Positions 26,939 through 34,250 of a stretch of 40,000 bases of DNA are shown here, piece after piece (within the stretch, counting starts at the first letter, position 1; each line of letters starts with the position of its first letter). The stretch is taken from sequence record MT774387.1, one strand, 5' to 3'. The notes under the pieces are model-generated. The model saw only the letters and a program-made list of their open reading frames with translations, was not told where the DNA came from and made no database searches. A program made the translations under genes and the position numbers. This stretch comes from an uncultured phage cr111_1.

Positions 26939-27013
26939 GGGCCTATAGTGTTTAATTGGCTAAAACAGTAGATTTGCATTCTACAGTTCTGGGTTCAAGC
27001 CCCAGTGGGTCCA
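26939..27013 (+). tRNA. tRNA-Ala(TGC)
   Basis: GTAGA-TTTGCAT-TCTAC; CTGGGTTCAAGCCCCAG. Confidence 0.85.
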
Positions 27014-27095
27014 CTTGTGTTTTCATAGTGTTAAGGTTGTTAAAGGATAAACCTTTGCCAGTTCAGGTTATTAAAAGTTTGGAGACTGGCTTTAT

Positions 27096-27168
27096 AGGGG
27101 ATTAGTTGAGTGGTAAAAATGCCTGGCTTACATCCAGGAGGTCGTAAGTTCGATTCTTACATCCCCTA
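27096..27168 (+). tRNA. tRNA-Val(TAC)
   Basis: CCTGG-CTTACAT-CCAGG; GTAAGTTCGATTCTTAC; AGGGGAT..ATCCCCT. Confidence 0.9.
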
Positions 27169-27173
27169 CTTAT

Positions 27174-27244
27174 TGGGATATAGCTCGAAGGTCGAGCAAA
27201 TGGCTGTTAACCATTAGGAGAGAGTTCGATTCTCTCTATCCCAG
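27174..27244 (+). tRNA. tRNA-Asn(GTT)
   Basis: ATGG-CTGTTAA-CCAT; GAGAGTTCGATTCTCTC; TGGGATA..TATCCCA. Confidence 0.9.
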
Positions 27245-27248
27245 CTAC

Positions 27249-27334
27249 GGAGAGTTGTCAGAGTTGGTTTATTGTGCTGGTCTTGAAAACCAGTGGCCAG
27301 AAATGGTCCAGGAGTTCGAATCTCTTACTCTCCG
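27249..27334 (+). tRNA. tRNA-Ser(TGA)
   Basis: CTGGT-CTTGAAA-ACCAG; long variable arm. Confidence 0.85.
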
Positions 27335-27342
27335 CAAAATAT

Positions 27343-27479
27343 GGGCAGAAAGTTTAAAAAAGCACTCTGCAGAAGTATCTTTCCCACTATAATTGAAGGA
27401 ATAGTGATATGTAGGGTTACATCGGTAAAACATTAGTATTTTGGAACTAAGATTGAAGGTTCGAGTCCTTCTCTGCCCG
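27343..27479 (+). tRNA. Aberrant tRNA-like gene (about 136 nt) with internal insertion
   Basis: Acceptor GGGCAGA pairs with TCTGCCC 120+ nt away; T arm GAAGG-TTCGAGT-CCTTC; two competing anticodon-like arms (ACT-CTGCAGA-AGT and TTAGT-ATTTTGGA-ACTAA) and an extra CACTAT/ATAGTG hairpin. Confidence 0.45.
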
Positions 27480-27483
27480 CAAA

Positions 27484-27554
27484 GCATCCTTGGTGTAATG
27501 GTAGCACGATTGTCTCCAAAACAATTAGTTGGGGTTCGAATCCTTGAGGTTGCG
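27484..27554 (+). tRNA. tRNA-Trp(CCA)
   Basis: ATTGT-CTCCAAA-ACAAT; GGGTTCGAATCC. Confidence 0.8.
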
Positions 27555-27570
27555 CAAATAATTTTTTATT

Positions 27571-27795
27571 ATGAAAAAGTGGTTTAAATGGTTTACTGAA
27601 AGCAATAGGTGGAAACATTTTTTATATGCAATTCCTTGTGGGGCAATAAGCATCCTTTTTGCTCTTGGATTAGCTATAGGAATGGAATTTAAGGACTATC
27701 AGTATAATAAAAATTGGGATTGGTTGGATTGGAGTTGTACAGTTGTCGGAGGAATGATTGGACAAGTACTTACAATCCTACTTCTATCCTTTTAA
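27571..27795 (+). CDS. Small membrane protein (possible holin-like)
   Basis: 74 aa, two hydrophobic segments, embedded in tRNA array. Confidence 0.5.
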   Translation: MKKWFKWFTESNRWKHFLYAIPCGAISILFALGLAIGMEFKDYQYNKNWDWLDWSCTVVGGMIGQVLTILLLSF

Positions 27796-27796
27796 T

Positions 27797-27870
27797 TGGA
27801 ATATAGCTCAAATGGTTGGAGCATCTGACTGATATTCAGAAGGGTGTAGGTTCGAGTCCTACTATTCCAA
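27797..27870 (+). tRNA. tRNA-Ile(GAT)
   Basis: TCTGA-CTGATAT-TCAGA; GTAGGTTCGAGTCCTAC. Confidence 0.9.
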
Positions 27871-27872
27871 CT

Positions 27873-27944
27873 GTGTCTGTAGCTTAAAGGTAGAGCGCAG
27901 GTTTGTGGAGCCTGTTGGTGAGAGTTCAAGTCTCTTCAGACACC
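27873..27944 (+). tRNA. tRNA-His(GTG)
   Basis: TTGTGGA loop; GAGAGTTCAAGTCTCTT; GTGTCTG..CAGACAC. Confidence 0.85.
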
Positions 27945-27947
27945 TAT

Positions 27948-28021
27948 ACTCACTTAGCTCAGTTGGTTAGAGCACTCGGCTTATACCCAAGTGGTCAGGG
28001 GTTCAAGTCCCTTAGTGAGTA
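27948..28021 (+). tRNA. tRNA-Ile(TAT)
   Basis: CTCGG-CTTATAC-CCAAG; AGGGGTTCAAGTCCCTT; ACTCACT..AGTGAGT. Confidence 0.75.
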
Positions 28022-28025
28022 CTAT

Positions 28026-28099
28026 GGCTCTGTACCCAAGTGATTTAAGGGGGTTGCCTGCAAAGCAATTATTCGTAAGTTTGAATCTTACCAGAGCCT
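28026..28099 (+). tRNA. tRNA-Cys(GCA)
   Basis: CTGCAAA loop; GTAAGTTTGAATCTTAC; GGCTCTG..CAGAGCC. Confidence 0.85.
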
Positions 28100-28103
28100 C
28101 CAC

Positions 28104-28177
28104 ACCCTCATAGCTTAATTGGTTAAAGCTGAACACTTTTAATGTTAGGAGTGGGAGTTCGAGTCTCTCTGGGGGTA
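28104..28177 (+). tRNA. tRNA-Lys(TTT)
   Basis: AACA-CTTTTAA-TGTT; GGAGTTCGAGTCTCT; ACCCTCA..TGGGGGT. Confidence 0.85.
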
Positions 28178-28183
28178 CAATAT

Positions 28184-28256
28184 GCCCTTATAGCTCAATA
28201 GGAGGAGCTACTCCCTCTTAAGGAGTAGGTTCAAGGTTCGAGTCCTTGTGGGGGCA
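28184..28256 (+). tRNA. tRNA-Lys(CTT)
   Basis: ACTCC-CTCTTAA-GGAGT; CAAGGTTCGAGTCCTTG. Confidence 0.85.
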
Positions 28257-28260
28257 CAAT

Positions 28261-28345
28261 GGGAGTTCTGCTCAGATGGTGGATGGGCACTGGTCTGTAA
28301 AACCAGCACTTTGATACTCAATAGGTTCGAATCCTATAGCTCCCA
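28261..28345 (+). tRNA. tRNA-Tyr(GTA)
   Basis: CTGGT-CTGTAAA-ACCAG; long variable arm; GGGAGTT..AGCTCCC. Confidence 0.85.
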
Positions 28346-28350
28346 CTAAA

Positions 28351-28425
28351 TGGATTTCTGGTAGAGGTGGTCAATACGTCAGACTGAAAATCTGAAGATT
28401 AAGGTTCAACTCCTTAGGAATCCAC
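28351..28425 (+). tRNA. tRNA-Phe(GAA)
   Basis: CAGA-CTGAAAA-TCTG; AAGGTTCAACTCCTT; TGGATTT..GAATCCA. Confidence 0.85.
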
Positions 28426-28432
28426 ATTATAA

Positions 28433-28510
28433 GCCCAAGTACGCAAATTAGGCAAAGCGGCCACACTTAGGATGTGGTGATTATGTGAGTTCGACTCTCA
28501 CCTTGGGTAC
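28433..28510 (+). tRNA. tRNA-Leu(TAG)
   Basis: CCACA-CTTAGGA-TGTGG; GAGTTCGACTC; GCCCAAG..CTTGGGT. Confidence 0.8.
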
Positions 28511-28951
28511 ATGAATAGTAAAAGACAAATTGTTGAAGATAATTTAGCAGTTATAGGAGATTGGGAGAAGCAAAAATTACCTTTAGCAGAAGTAGCCAGA
28601 AGGTTAGGCATGAAATATGATACTTTGAAAAAGTATCTAAACAATTTAGGTATTCATTACCAAACTAATCAAAGTAGAAAAGGATTGCCTCATAAAGAGA
28701 GAATGACCCCCATTGACAAAGTTTTAGCTGGTAATTTTTCTAATTCTTACAAACGGATTAGACTAATCAAAGAGGGCCTGAAAGAAAATAAATGTGAATG
28801 CTGTGGTTTATCAGATTGGATGGGGAAGCCAATACCATTAGAATTACACCATGTAGATTTTAATCATTACAATAATTCTTTAGATAATTTACAAATACTT
28901 TGTGCAAACTGTCACATGCAAACACATAACTATTGTAACACAAAAAAGTAG
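28511..28951 (+). CDS. HNH homing endonuclease
   Basis: CECCGLSDWMGKPIPLELHHVDFNHYNNSLDNLQILCANCHMQTHNY. Confidence 0.9.
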   Translation: MNSKRQIVEDNLAVIGDWEKQKLPLAEVARRLGMKYDTLKKYLNNLGIHYQTNQSRKGLPHKERMTPIDKVLAGNFSNSYKRIRLIKEGLKENKCECCGLSDWMGKPIPLELHHVDFNHYNNSLDNLQILCANCHMQTHNYCNTKK

Positions 28952-28973
28952 GTTCGAGTCCTACTTGGGGTAC
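28948..28973 (+). pseudogene. Orphan tRNA 3' end (T arm plus 3' acceptor strand) fused to HNH gene stop codon
   Basis: GTAGG-TTCGAGT-CCTAC-TTGGGGT-AC with no matching 5' half adjacent. Confidence 0.65.
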
Positions 28974-29002
28974 TAAAAAGATTAAAAATAATCACTAAAA
29001 TA

Positions 29003-29034
29003 TTTGCATATTTCAAATATTTTACTTACCTTTG
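29003..29034 (+). promoter_or_regulatory. Bacteroidota-type promoter (TTTG ... TACCTTTG)
   Basis: TATTTGCATATTTCAAATATTTTACTTACCTTTG upstream of 29050 gene. Confidence 0.55.
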
Positions 29035-29049
29035 TAACATCATTAATAA

Positions 29050-29502
29050 ATGGAACAAGAGAATATTTTTGAGCCTTATCCAGGTGGACTGAATGTCCCT
29101 CAACCTGGTGGACTCAGCTTTTTCATCAATTTCCTCAATATACTTGAGGGAGTGAAGACGAAGATTAAAAACCTCCACTGGGCGGCTCTTAAACTCCCTG
29201 TGAATGAGAGACTTGAAGAGCATCAGATTCTTGATGACCTTCTTGATATAGTCTCTGACTATCAGGATAAGATTGCAGAGTTCTCTCAGGGTGTCCTTGG
29301 ACATATGGACATGGATGTAATTCAGGGTACTTACTTTAAAGTACAGAGTATTGCAGTACTGGTAAAGTATATACTTGAAAAGACCATTCCTTTCTATGAG
29401 AATATGCCTAAAGAGACTGTCTGGGTTGGTTTGAAATCTGAAACTGAAACCTTTATATTCAATGTAGGTAAATACAAATACCTCTTTGAGTTGGGTGAAT
29501 AG
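29050..29502 (+). CDS. Conserved phage protein with Dps/ferritin-like helical pattern
   Basis: VKTKIKNLHWAALKLPVNERLEEHQILDDLLDIVSDYQDKIAEFSQG. Confidence 0.55.
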   Translation: MEQENIFEPYPGGLNVPQPGGLSFFINFLNILEGVKTKIKNLHWAALKLPVNERLEEHQILDDLLDIVSDYQDKIAEFSQGVLGHMDMDVIQGTYFKVQSIAVLVKYILEKTIPFYENMPKETVWVGLKSETETFIFNVGKYKYLFELGE

Positions 29503-29508
29503 TTATAA

Positions 29509-29582
29509 GGCCCAGTAGGCCAACTGGTAGAGCCATCAGACTTAAACCCTGTAAAGTGAAAGTTCGAATCTTTCCTGGGCTA
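29509..29582 (+). tRNA. tRNA, probable Leu(TAA)
   Basis: GGCCCAG..CTGGGCT; GAAAGTTCGAATCTTTC; anticodon loop CTTAAAC with a weak stem. Confidence 0.6.
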
Positions 29583-29584
29583 CT

Positions 29585-29655
29585 GCCCCAATAGTTTAGT
29601 GGTAAAACACCTGATTTGTAATCAGATATCCTCAGTTCGACTCTGAGTGGGGGCT
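29585..29655 (+). tRNA. tRNA-Thr(TGT)
   Basis: CTGA-TTTGTAA-TCAG; CTCAGTTCGACTCTGAG. Confidence 0.85.
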
Positions 29656-29763
29656 CTCCGAAGCTGGTTATTTTCTCTCTTTCCTTGAGAGACCTATCAG
29701 AAGACTTGTAATTCGTGGATAGGAGTCAGTGCAATGCTGGGTAGATACTATAACTCTACAAAA

Positions 29764-29837
29764 AGCAAGTATAGTATAAAGGCTATTACTCCAGTCTTCC
29801 AAACTGGATATGAGAGTTCGATTCTCTCTACTTGCTC
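29764..29837 (+). tRNA. tRNA-Gly(TCC)
   Basis: CCAGT-CTTCCAA-ACTGG; GAGAGTTCGATTCTCTC; AGCAAGT..ACTTGCT. Confidence 0.88.
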
Positions 29838-29841
29838 TTTA

Positions 29842-29917
29842 TGCGAGGTAGACTGGAGGTGGCACCCAGCACTGTCTCATAAGCAGTTCTACGAGAGTTC
29901 GAGTCTCTCCCTCGCAA
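29842..29917 (+). tRNA. tRNA-Met(CAT)
   Basis: ACTGT-CTCATAA-GCAGT; GAGAGTTCGAGTCTCTC; TGCGAGG..CCTCGCA. Confidence 0.85.
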
Positions 29918-29922
29918 CTAAT

Positions 29923-30066
29923 ATGGAAGAGAAGATGAAGATTCTTTATTTCGATAGTACATTGACTATGCAAAGAGTGGTCAATGAAAAAGGAATTAAG
30001 AAAGAGCAGATTGTAAGTATTCTGCAGCTACCTGTGAATCAAATAGCTTTAGTCTACTATGAGTAA
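29923..30066 (+). CDS. Small hypothetical protein (47 aa)
   Basis: MEEKMKILYFDSTLTMQRVVNEKGIKKEQIVSILQLPVNQIALVYYE; start after tRNA-Met instead of the track start at 29734. Confidence 0.45.
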   Translation: MEEKMKILYFDSTLTMQRVVNEKGIKKEQIVSILQLPVNQIALVYYE

Positions 30067-31591
30067 ACTTATTGGGAATGATAAAACAATAGATGGCATT
30101 CTTGAGGGAATGTCTAAAGTTGCTGAGGTAGTTGGGTCCACCTATGGACCTAAAGGCAGAAATGTGGTAATTGAAGATGAGGAAGGGAGACCTCATATTA
30201 CCAAAGACGGAGTTACTGTTGCTAAGTCTGTGGAGTTCAGTAGACCTGACTGGAATATTGGAGCTTCACTTATCAAAGATGCAGCTATCAAGACTCTGAA
30301 AGAAGTTGGAGATGGTACTACAACCACTACCATTTTAGCTAATCTGGCCTCACAGATAAGTGTCGGTGCTATCAAAAGTCAGTCCTTGAATCCTTTTGAG
30401 CTCAGGACTTATCTTGAAAAGTATGTAAATGAAGTCATTGATTATCTAAAGTCAATTTCTACTCCCATTCAGCCATCAGACAGAGAGACTCTGATGAAGG
30501 TAGCTCTTAACTCAGCTAATGGAGATGTAGATATTGCTGAGAAAGTGACTGATTTATTTACACAGATTGGTAAAGATGGCATAGTGTTTGTAAAGAACTC
30601 AGAGATTTTGGGTGTACATACACAGGTCATTAAAGGTATTTCGATAGACAGAGGGTATGTATCACCCATGTTTTGTGTAAATGGGCAGTCATCTATAACT
30701 CTTGACAACTGTAAGATTCTGATTGCCAGACGAGTAATTAGAGACTACAAGGAAATTATTCCTTATCTTCAGGAGGCTAAGAATGAGGACAGACCTATTC
30801 TGCTGATAGTCCCTGAAGTAGATAATACAGTGGTTGAGTTGTTCCTTACCAATGTTCTGAGTGGAGTTATTCAAGGATGTGTAATCCAGGCTCCCTATTC
30901 CAATGAGAGACAGGATGATTTCTTCCAGGACTTGGGAATAGCATCAGGAGCTGTTAAGAGTGATAAGGACCTGAGTGCCCCCTATCTTGTAGGAAATGCA
31001 GAGAAAGTTATTGTAGGTAGATATGATACGGAGTTTAGAGGTCTTTCACATGATGAAATGGTTTATAAAAGACATCTGGCATTTCTGGAAGATTTGGTTC
31101 AGACTCAGACGGATAGGACTTTAGCAGAAAAAGCCAGTGAAAGATTGGCTATGTTTGCAGGTAGCATAGGTTATATTCATGTAGGTGCATCCTCAGAGGC
31201 TGAATCTCTTGAGATTAAGGACAAATTGGATGATGTAATCCATGCTGTAAAAGCAGCTCTCAAGGAAGGAGTAGTACCTGCTGGAGGAGTGGCATTGGAT
31301 AATGCAGCACATTTCCTTGGGTTTTCCTCAAGGCTTACAGAAGAAAAAGCTAAGCACGCAGGACCTGCTATCACCATTAAGGTTAATGAAAAAGAGGCAG
31401 CTCTTGTAATTATCCAGGAACTCTGTAGAGCTCCCAAGAAGTTTATCGGGGAAACCAGCACAAGTACACAAGACCCTACCAAGGTAGTTTATACTGCTCT
31501 TAAGAATGCTATCTCAGTGGCAGGTCTATTATTTACCTCTAAATATGTAATTTTAGATGAAAGACAATCAGAATATACAGCCTTCGAATGA
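30059..31591 (+). CDS. groEL: GroEL-like chaperonin
   Basis: VVGSTYGPKGRNVVIED...ITKDGVTVAKSVEF...GDGTTTTTILA...VPAGGVAL. Confidence 0.92.
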   Translation: MSKLIGNDKTIDGILEGMSKVAEVVGSTYGPKGRNVVIEDEEGRPHITKDGVTVAKSVEFSRPDWNIGASLIKDAAIKTLKEVGDGTTTTTILANLASQISVGAIKSQSLNPFELRTYLEKYVNEVIDYLKSISTPIQPSDRETLMKVALNSANGDVDIAEKVTDLFTQIGKDGIVFVKNSEILGVHTQVIKGISIDRGYVSPMFCVNGQSSITLDNCKILIARRVIRDYKEIIPYLQEAKNEDRPILLIVPEVDNTVVELFLTNVLSGVIQGCVIQAPYSNERQDDFFQDLGIASGAVKSDKDLSAPYLVGNAEKVIVGRYDTEFRGLSHDEMVYKRHLAFLEDLVQTQTDRTLAEKASERLAMFAGSIGYIHVGASSEAESLEIKDKLDDVIHAVKAALKEGVVPAGGVALDNAAHFLGFSSRLTEEKAKHAGPAITIKVNEKEAALVIIQELCRAPKKFIGETSTSTQDPTKVVYTALKNAISVAGLLFTSKYVILDERQSEYTAFE

Positions 31592-31826
31592 TGAGATTAG
31601 CATTAATAATCTGATGCTTAAAAGTTTTGAAGGGGTAGGACAGTTCAAGTCTATAGCCAGAGCTATTAGAAAAGGGTATGTAACTCCCTATGGCTATGTA
31701 GCTCCGAGAAGACCTTTTAACAACAGAAAGGATAAGTCCAGAAGTGGACGTGGGTTGAACACAATTAAGAAAGGTATTTATGCAGACATCAAGACCAGAC
31801 TCACCCATCCAAGGGCAGAGCTTTAA
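31557..31826 (+). CDS. Small basic hypothetical protein
   Basis: 89 aa ORF in contiguous operon. Confidence 0.45.
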   Translation: MKDNQNIQPSNDEISINNLMLKSFEGVGQFKSIARAIRKGYVTPYGYVAPRRPFNNRKDKSRSGRGLNTIKKGIYADIKTRLTHPRAEL

Positions 31827-31992
31827 TGAGGAACCTGTATATTACTGTGCCCACTGTCTATCTCTGAAGATAAGAGAGGTAAATGGCTTGGAGTTTTGCG
31901 ACAACTGTAATAGTACAGATATAGAGACTTCCTCTATCCAGGAATGGGAAGAGAAGTATGAACAACAGTACGGACATAAATTCATTCAATAA
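31780..31992 (+). CDS. Small zinc-ribbon protein
   Basis: YYCAHCLSLKIREVNGLEFCDNCNSTDIE: two CxxC pairs; start may be internal. Confidence 0.55.
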   Translation: MQTSRPDSPIQGQSFNEEPVYYCAHCLSLKIREVNGLEFCDNCNSTDIETSSIQEWEEKYEQQYGHKFIQ

Positions 31993-32260
31993 TATGGAAG
32001 AGATGAAAAAACTGGGAGAGGAGTTCGAAGCACTTTCCCCTGAAAAGCAGAGACAGGCTTATATTACATTGATGGTTCAGCAAAAACAGCTGATTGCAAG
32101 AATGCAGCAGATGAGTGACCAGGCTATGTTCAAGAGGCTTGATTATCTGTTTAAAGTAGTAGAACTGGGTGTCTTTGATGAAAACTTTGAGAATAAGTGT
32201 AAGTCAGAGATTGAGCTGATTATGTTTGGGGAAGAGACTCCTGAGGAAACTGAAAAATAA
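31958..32260 (+). CDS. Hypothetical protein
   Basis: 100 aa, helical, contiguous. Confidence 0.5.
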   Translation: MNNSTDINSFNNMEEMKKLGEEFEALSPEKQRQAYITLMVQQKQLIARMQQMSDQAMFKRLDYLFKVVELGVFDENFENKCKSEIELIMFGEETPEETEK

Positions 32261-32265
32261 TAGGT

Positions 32266-32664
32266 ATGGAAGGCAAGAATCCCAAAATAAACAGTGTTGT
32301 GAGGATTCCTGCTTCACTAAATGGTAGTTTTTTCAGGTTCTGGTTTGAATTTCTATCCCCTATTCATAAGCTTACAGAGAGGGAGATGGATGTAATAACC
32401 TCCTTGGTAAAGCAAAGATATGAGCTTTCTAAGGTCATCAAGGATGAAGAAATTCTTGATAAAGTGGTTATGAGTGAGGATACCAAAAGGAAAGTAAGGG
32501 CAGAGTGTAATATAACTCTGCCTCATTTCCAAGTCATAATGGGAAAGCTTAGAAAGAATAAGCTGATTGTGGATGGTAGAATCAATAAAAGATTCATTCC
32601 TCAACTTCCAGAAGATGCCAAAGAGTTCAAACTATTGTTATACTTCGATATGAATAATGAATGA
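32266..32664 (+). CDS. Conserved hypothetical protein of crAss-like phage structural block
   Basis: 132 aa; helix-rich DNA-binding-like segment; contiguous. Confidence 0.55.
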   Translation: MEGKNPKINSVVRIPASLNGSFFRFWFEFLSPIHKLTEREMDVITSLVKQRYELSKVIKDEEILDKVVMSEDTKRKVRAECNITLPHFQVIMGKLRKNKLIVDGRINKRFIPQLPEDAKEFKLLLYFDMNNE

Positions 32665-32926
32665 GATATATGCTAAAGTAGCTGCTGAGATGGGAATACC
32701 TGTGGAGGTAGTAAAAGAGGCTTATCAATCTCAATGGCAGTTCATAAGAAATACAGTAGAAGCTCTGCCTCTTAAAGAGGAACTTAGTGAGGAGGAATTC
32801 AATAAACTAAGAACAAGTTTCAATATACCTTCTCTTGGTAAGTTATATACTACAAGAGATAAAATCCTCAAGATAAGAAGAAGGCTTGAATATTTAAAAG
32901 TTTTAATAAAAGATGCTAAAGATTAA
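32657..32926 (+). CDS. Hypothetical protein
   Basis: 89 aa, contiguous overlap. Confidence 0.5.
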   Translation: MNEIYAKVAAEMGIPVEVVKEAYQSQWQFIRNTVEALPLKEELSEEEFNKLRTSFNIPSLGKLYTTRDKILKIRRRLEYLKVLIKDAKD

Positions 32927-33323
32927 GAAACTGACCCCTGTGTATACAAAGATTCTGGTTACCTGTGATAAGTATACAGAACCTGAGAAGATTGACAACA
33001 CAGACATTATAGACCCTGCAAAGGCTAAAATCATGATTAAGGAGTACCAGAAGGTACTTGCTGTAGGTAATATGGTAAGACTGGTAGTACCAGGTGATAT
33101 CATTGCCATTAACCCTATGAAATATGCCAAGTTCAAGCAGGTTGCTCAGAAAAACTCTCTCAGAGAGGACGTACAGCAATATAAGAAAGAAATTGTAGGA
33201 TTTGATTTCCCTACCATGGAAGTGGATGGAGAGGAAGTTATGCTCCTTGAGGAGAATGATATTCTCTACATTATCAATGACTATGAAGATGATGGACAAC
33301 TTCCTGAAGGAGTTGTTGAGTAG
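32913..33323 (+). CDS. GroES-like (cpn10 fold) co-chaperonin candidate
   Basis: LTPVYTKILVTCDKY...YQKVLAVGNMVRLVVPGDIIAINPMKYA...VDGEEVMLLEENDILYIIND parallels the GroES pattern. Confidence 0.5.
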   Translation: MLKIKKLTPVYTKILVTCDKYTEPEKIDNTDIIDPAKAKIMIKEYQKVLAVGNMVRLVVPGDIIAINPMKYAKFKQVAQKNSLREDVQQYKKEIVGFDFPTMEVDGEEVMLLEENDILYIINDYEDDGQLPEGVVE

Positions 33324-33358
33324 GGGAAGTTTTACTTCCCCTTTTTTATTAAAAGATT

Positions 33359-33907
33359 ATGAGATTATTCAAATACGAGGGACATAGAGTAGTGATTTCT
33401 CCGGAGGCACTGATACTCAAGCCCTTCAAAAAGATATGGGAGAGGGATAAGTCCGAAGATAAAAATAAGGCACTCTCAGAACTGGCTTTCATCTACTTTT
33501 ACTGTGACCCCAGGTCAGAGTATATGATTATCATAGATGAAGAGACCAGAATGGAGGAGATTAAAAAGGGAGAGGGACTGAGAGAGTCATGGACTCCTGA
33601 CAAAGTTATAAATGAGGCTATGGAGCTTTATAAGAAGCTTACAGTGACTGCCTCAGCGGGTCTCCTTGATGATGCAAGATTTGCTATAAACAATATTAGA
33701 AAACAACTGAGAACTCTTTCTTTCGAAGAGGTAGACCCCTCTAAAATGCCTAAGGCTATCAAGGATGCTGCTGATGCACTTACTAAAGTACCCGAGCTTA
33801 TAAAAGCTCTACAAGCGGCTGAGAAGTCTCTGAATGCTGAGATTCTTGACAGTTCAAGAATGAGAGGACAGGGAGAAAAGAAAGTGTTCGAGGATAATTT
33901 GGATTAG
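33359..33907 (+). CDS. Conserved hypothetical protein
   Basis: 182 aa, immediately upstream of terminase block. Confidence 0.55.
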   Translation: MRLFKYEGHRVVISPEALILKPFKKIWERDKSEDKNKALSELAFIYFYCDPRSEYMIIIDEETRMEEIKKGEGLRESWTPDKVINEAMELYKKLTVTASAGLLDDARFAINNIRKQLRTLSFEEVDPSKMPKAIKDAADALTKVPELIKALQAAEKSLNAEILDSSRMRGQGEKKVFEDNLD

Positions 33908-33908
33908 T

Positions 33909-34250
33909 ATGATTAACTCGATAGTAGAAGGATTGAACAGAGTACTGGAACATGAAAGAGAGATAAGAGGAATATCAGCTTCTGGATTTTTCAAAATATA
34001 CTCGAATTCTCAAGATATTTCTTTTGGAAGATTATCCAAGACTAAATGGATAGTAGCTTATATAAAGCCTGGAAAGCATCCTGTAGAAGCATTTTACTTT
34101 GAATTGACTTACAATCCAAGAAGAGATGACTATCTGGCAACTATAGATATGATGCTTACTACTCAGATTATATACTTCGTTAAATCTGATAATTGGGAGA
34201 AAGTAATAAATGGAGAGGACATTCAACCAGTACCAGACACCTCTTACTGA
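33909..34250 (+). CDS. Hypothetical protein
   Basis: 113 aa, overlaps start of TerL ORF. Confidence 0.5.
   Translation: MINSIVEGLNRVLEHEREIRGISASGFFKIYSNSQDISFGRLSKTKWIVAYIKPGKHPVEAFYFELTYNPRRDDYLATIDMMLTTQIIYFVKSDNWEKVINGEDIQPVPDTSY

Noticed and set aside
27013-27095. Additional tRNA between Ala and Val
   Set aside because: Only partial arms (GCCAGT/ACTGGC, AAAGG/CCTTT); no T loop or acceptor.
29734-29922. N-terminal part of the 29734..30066 ORF
   Set aside because: It runs through tRNA-Gly and tRNA-Met; coding start placed at 29923.
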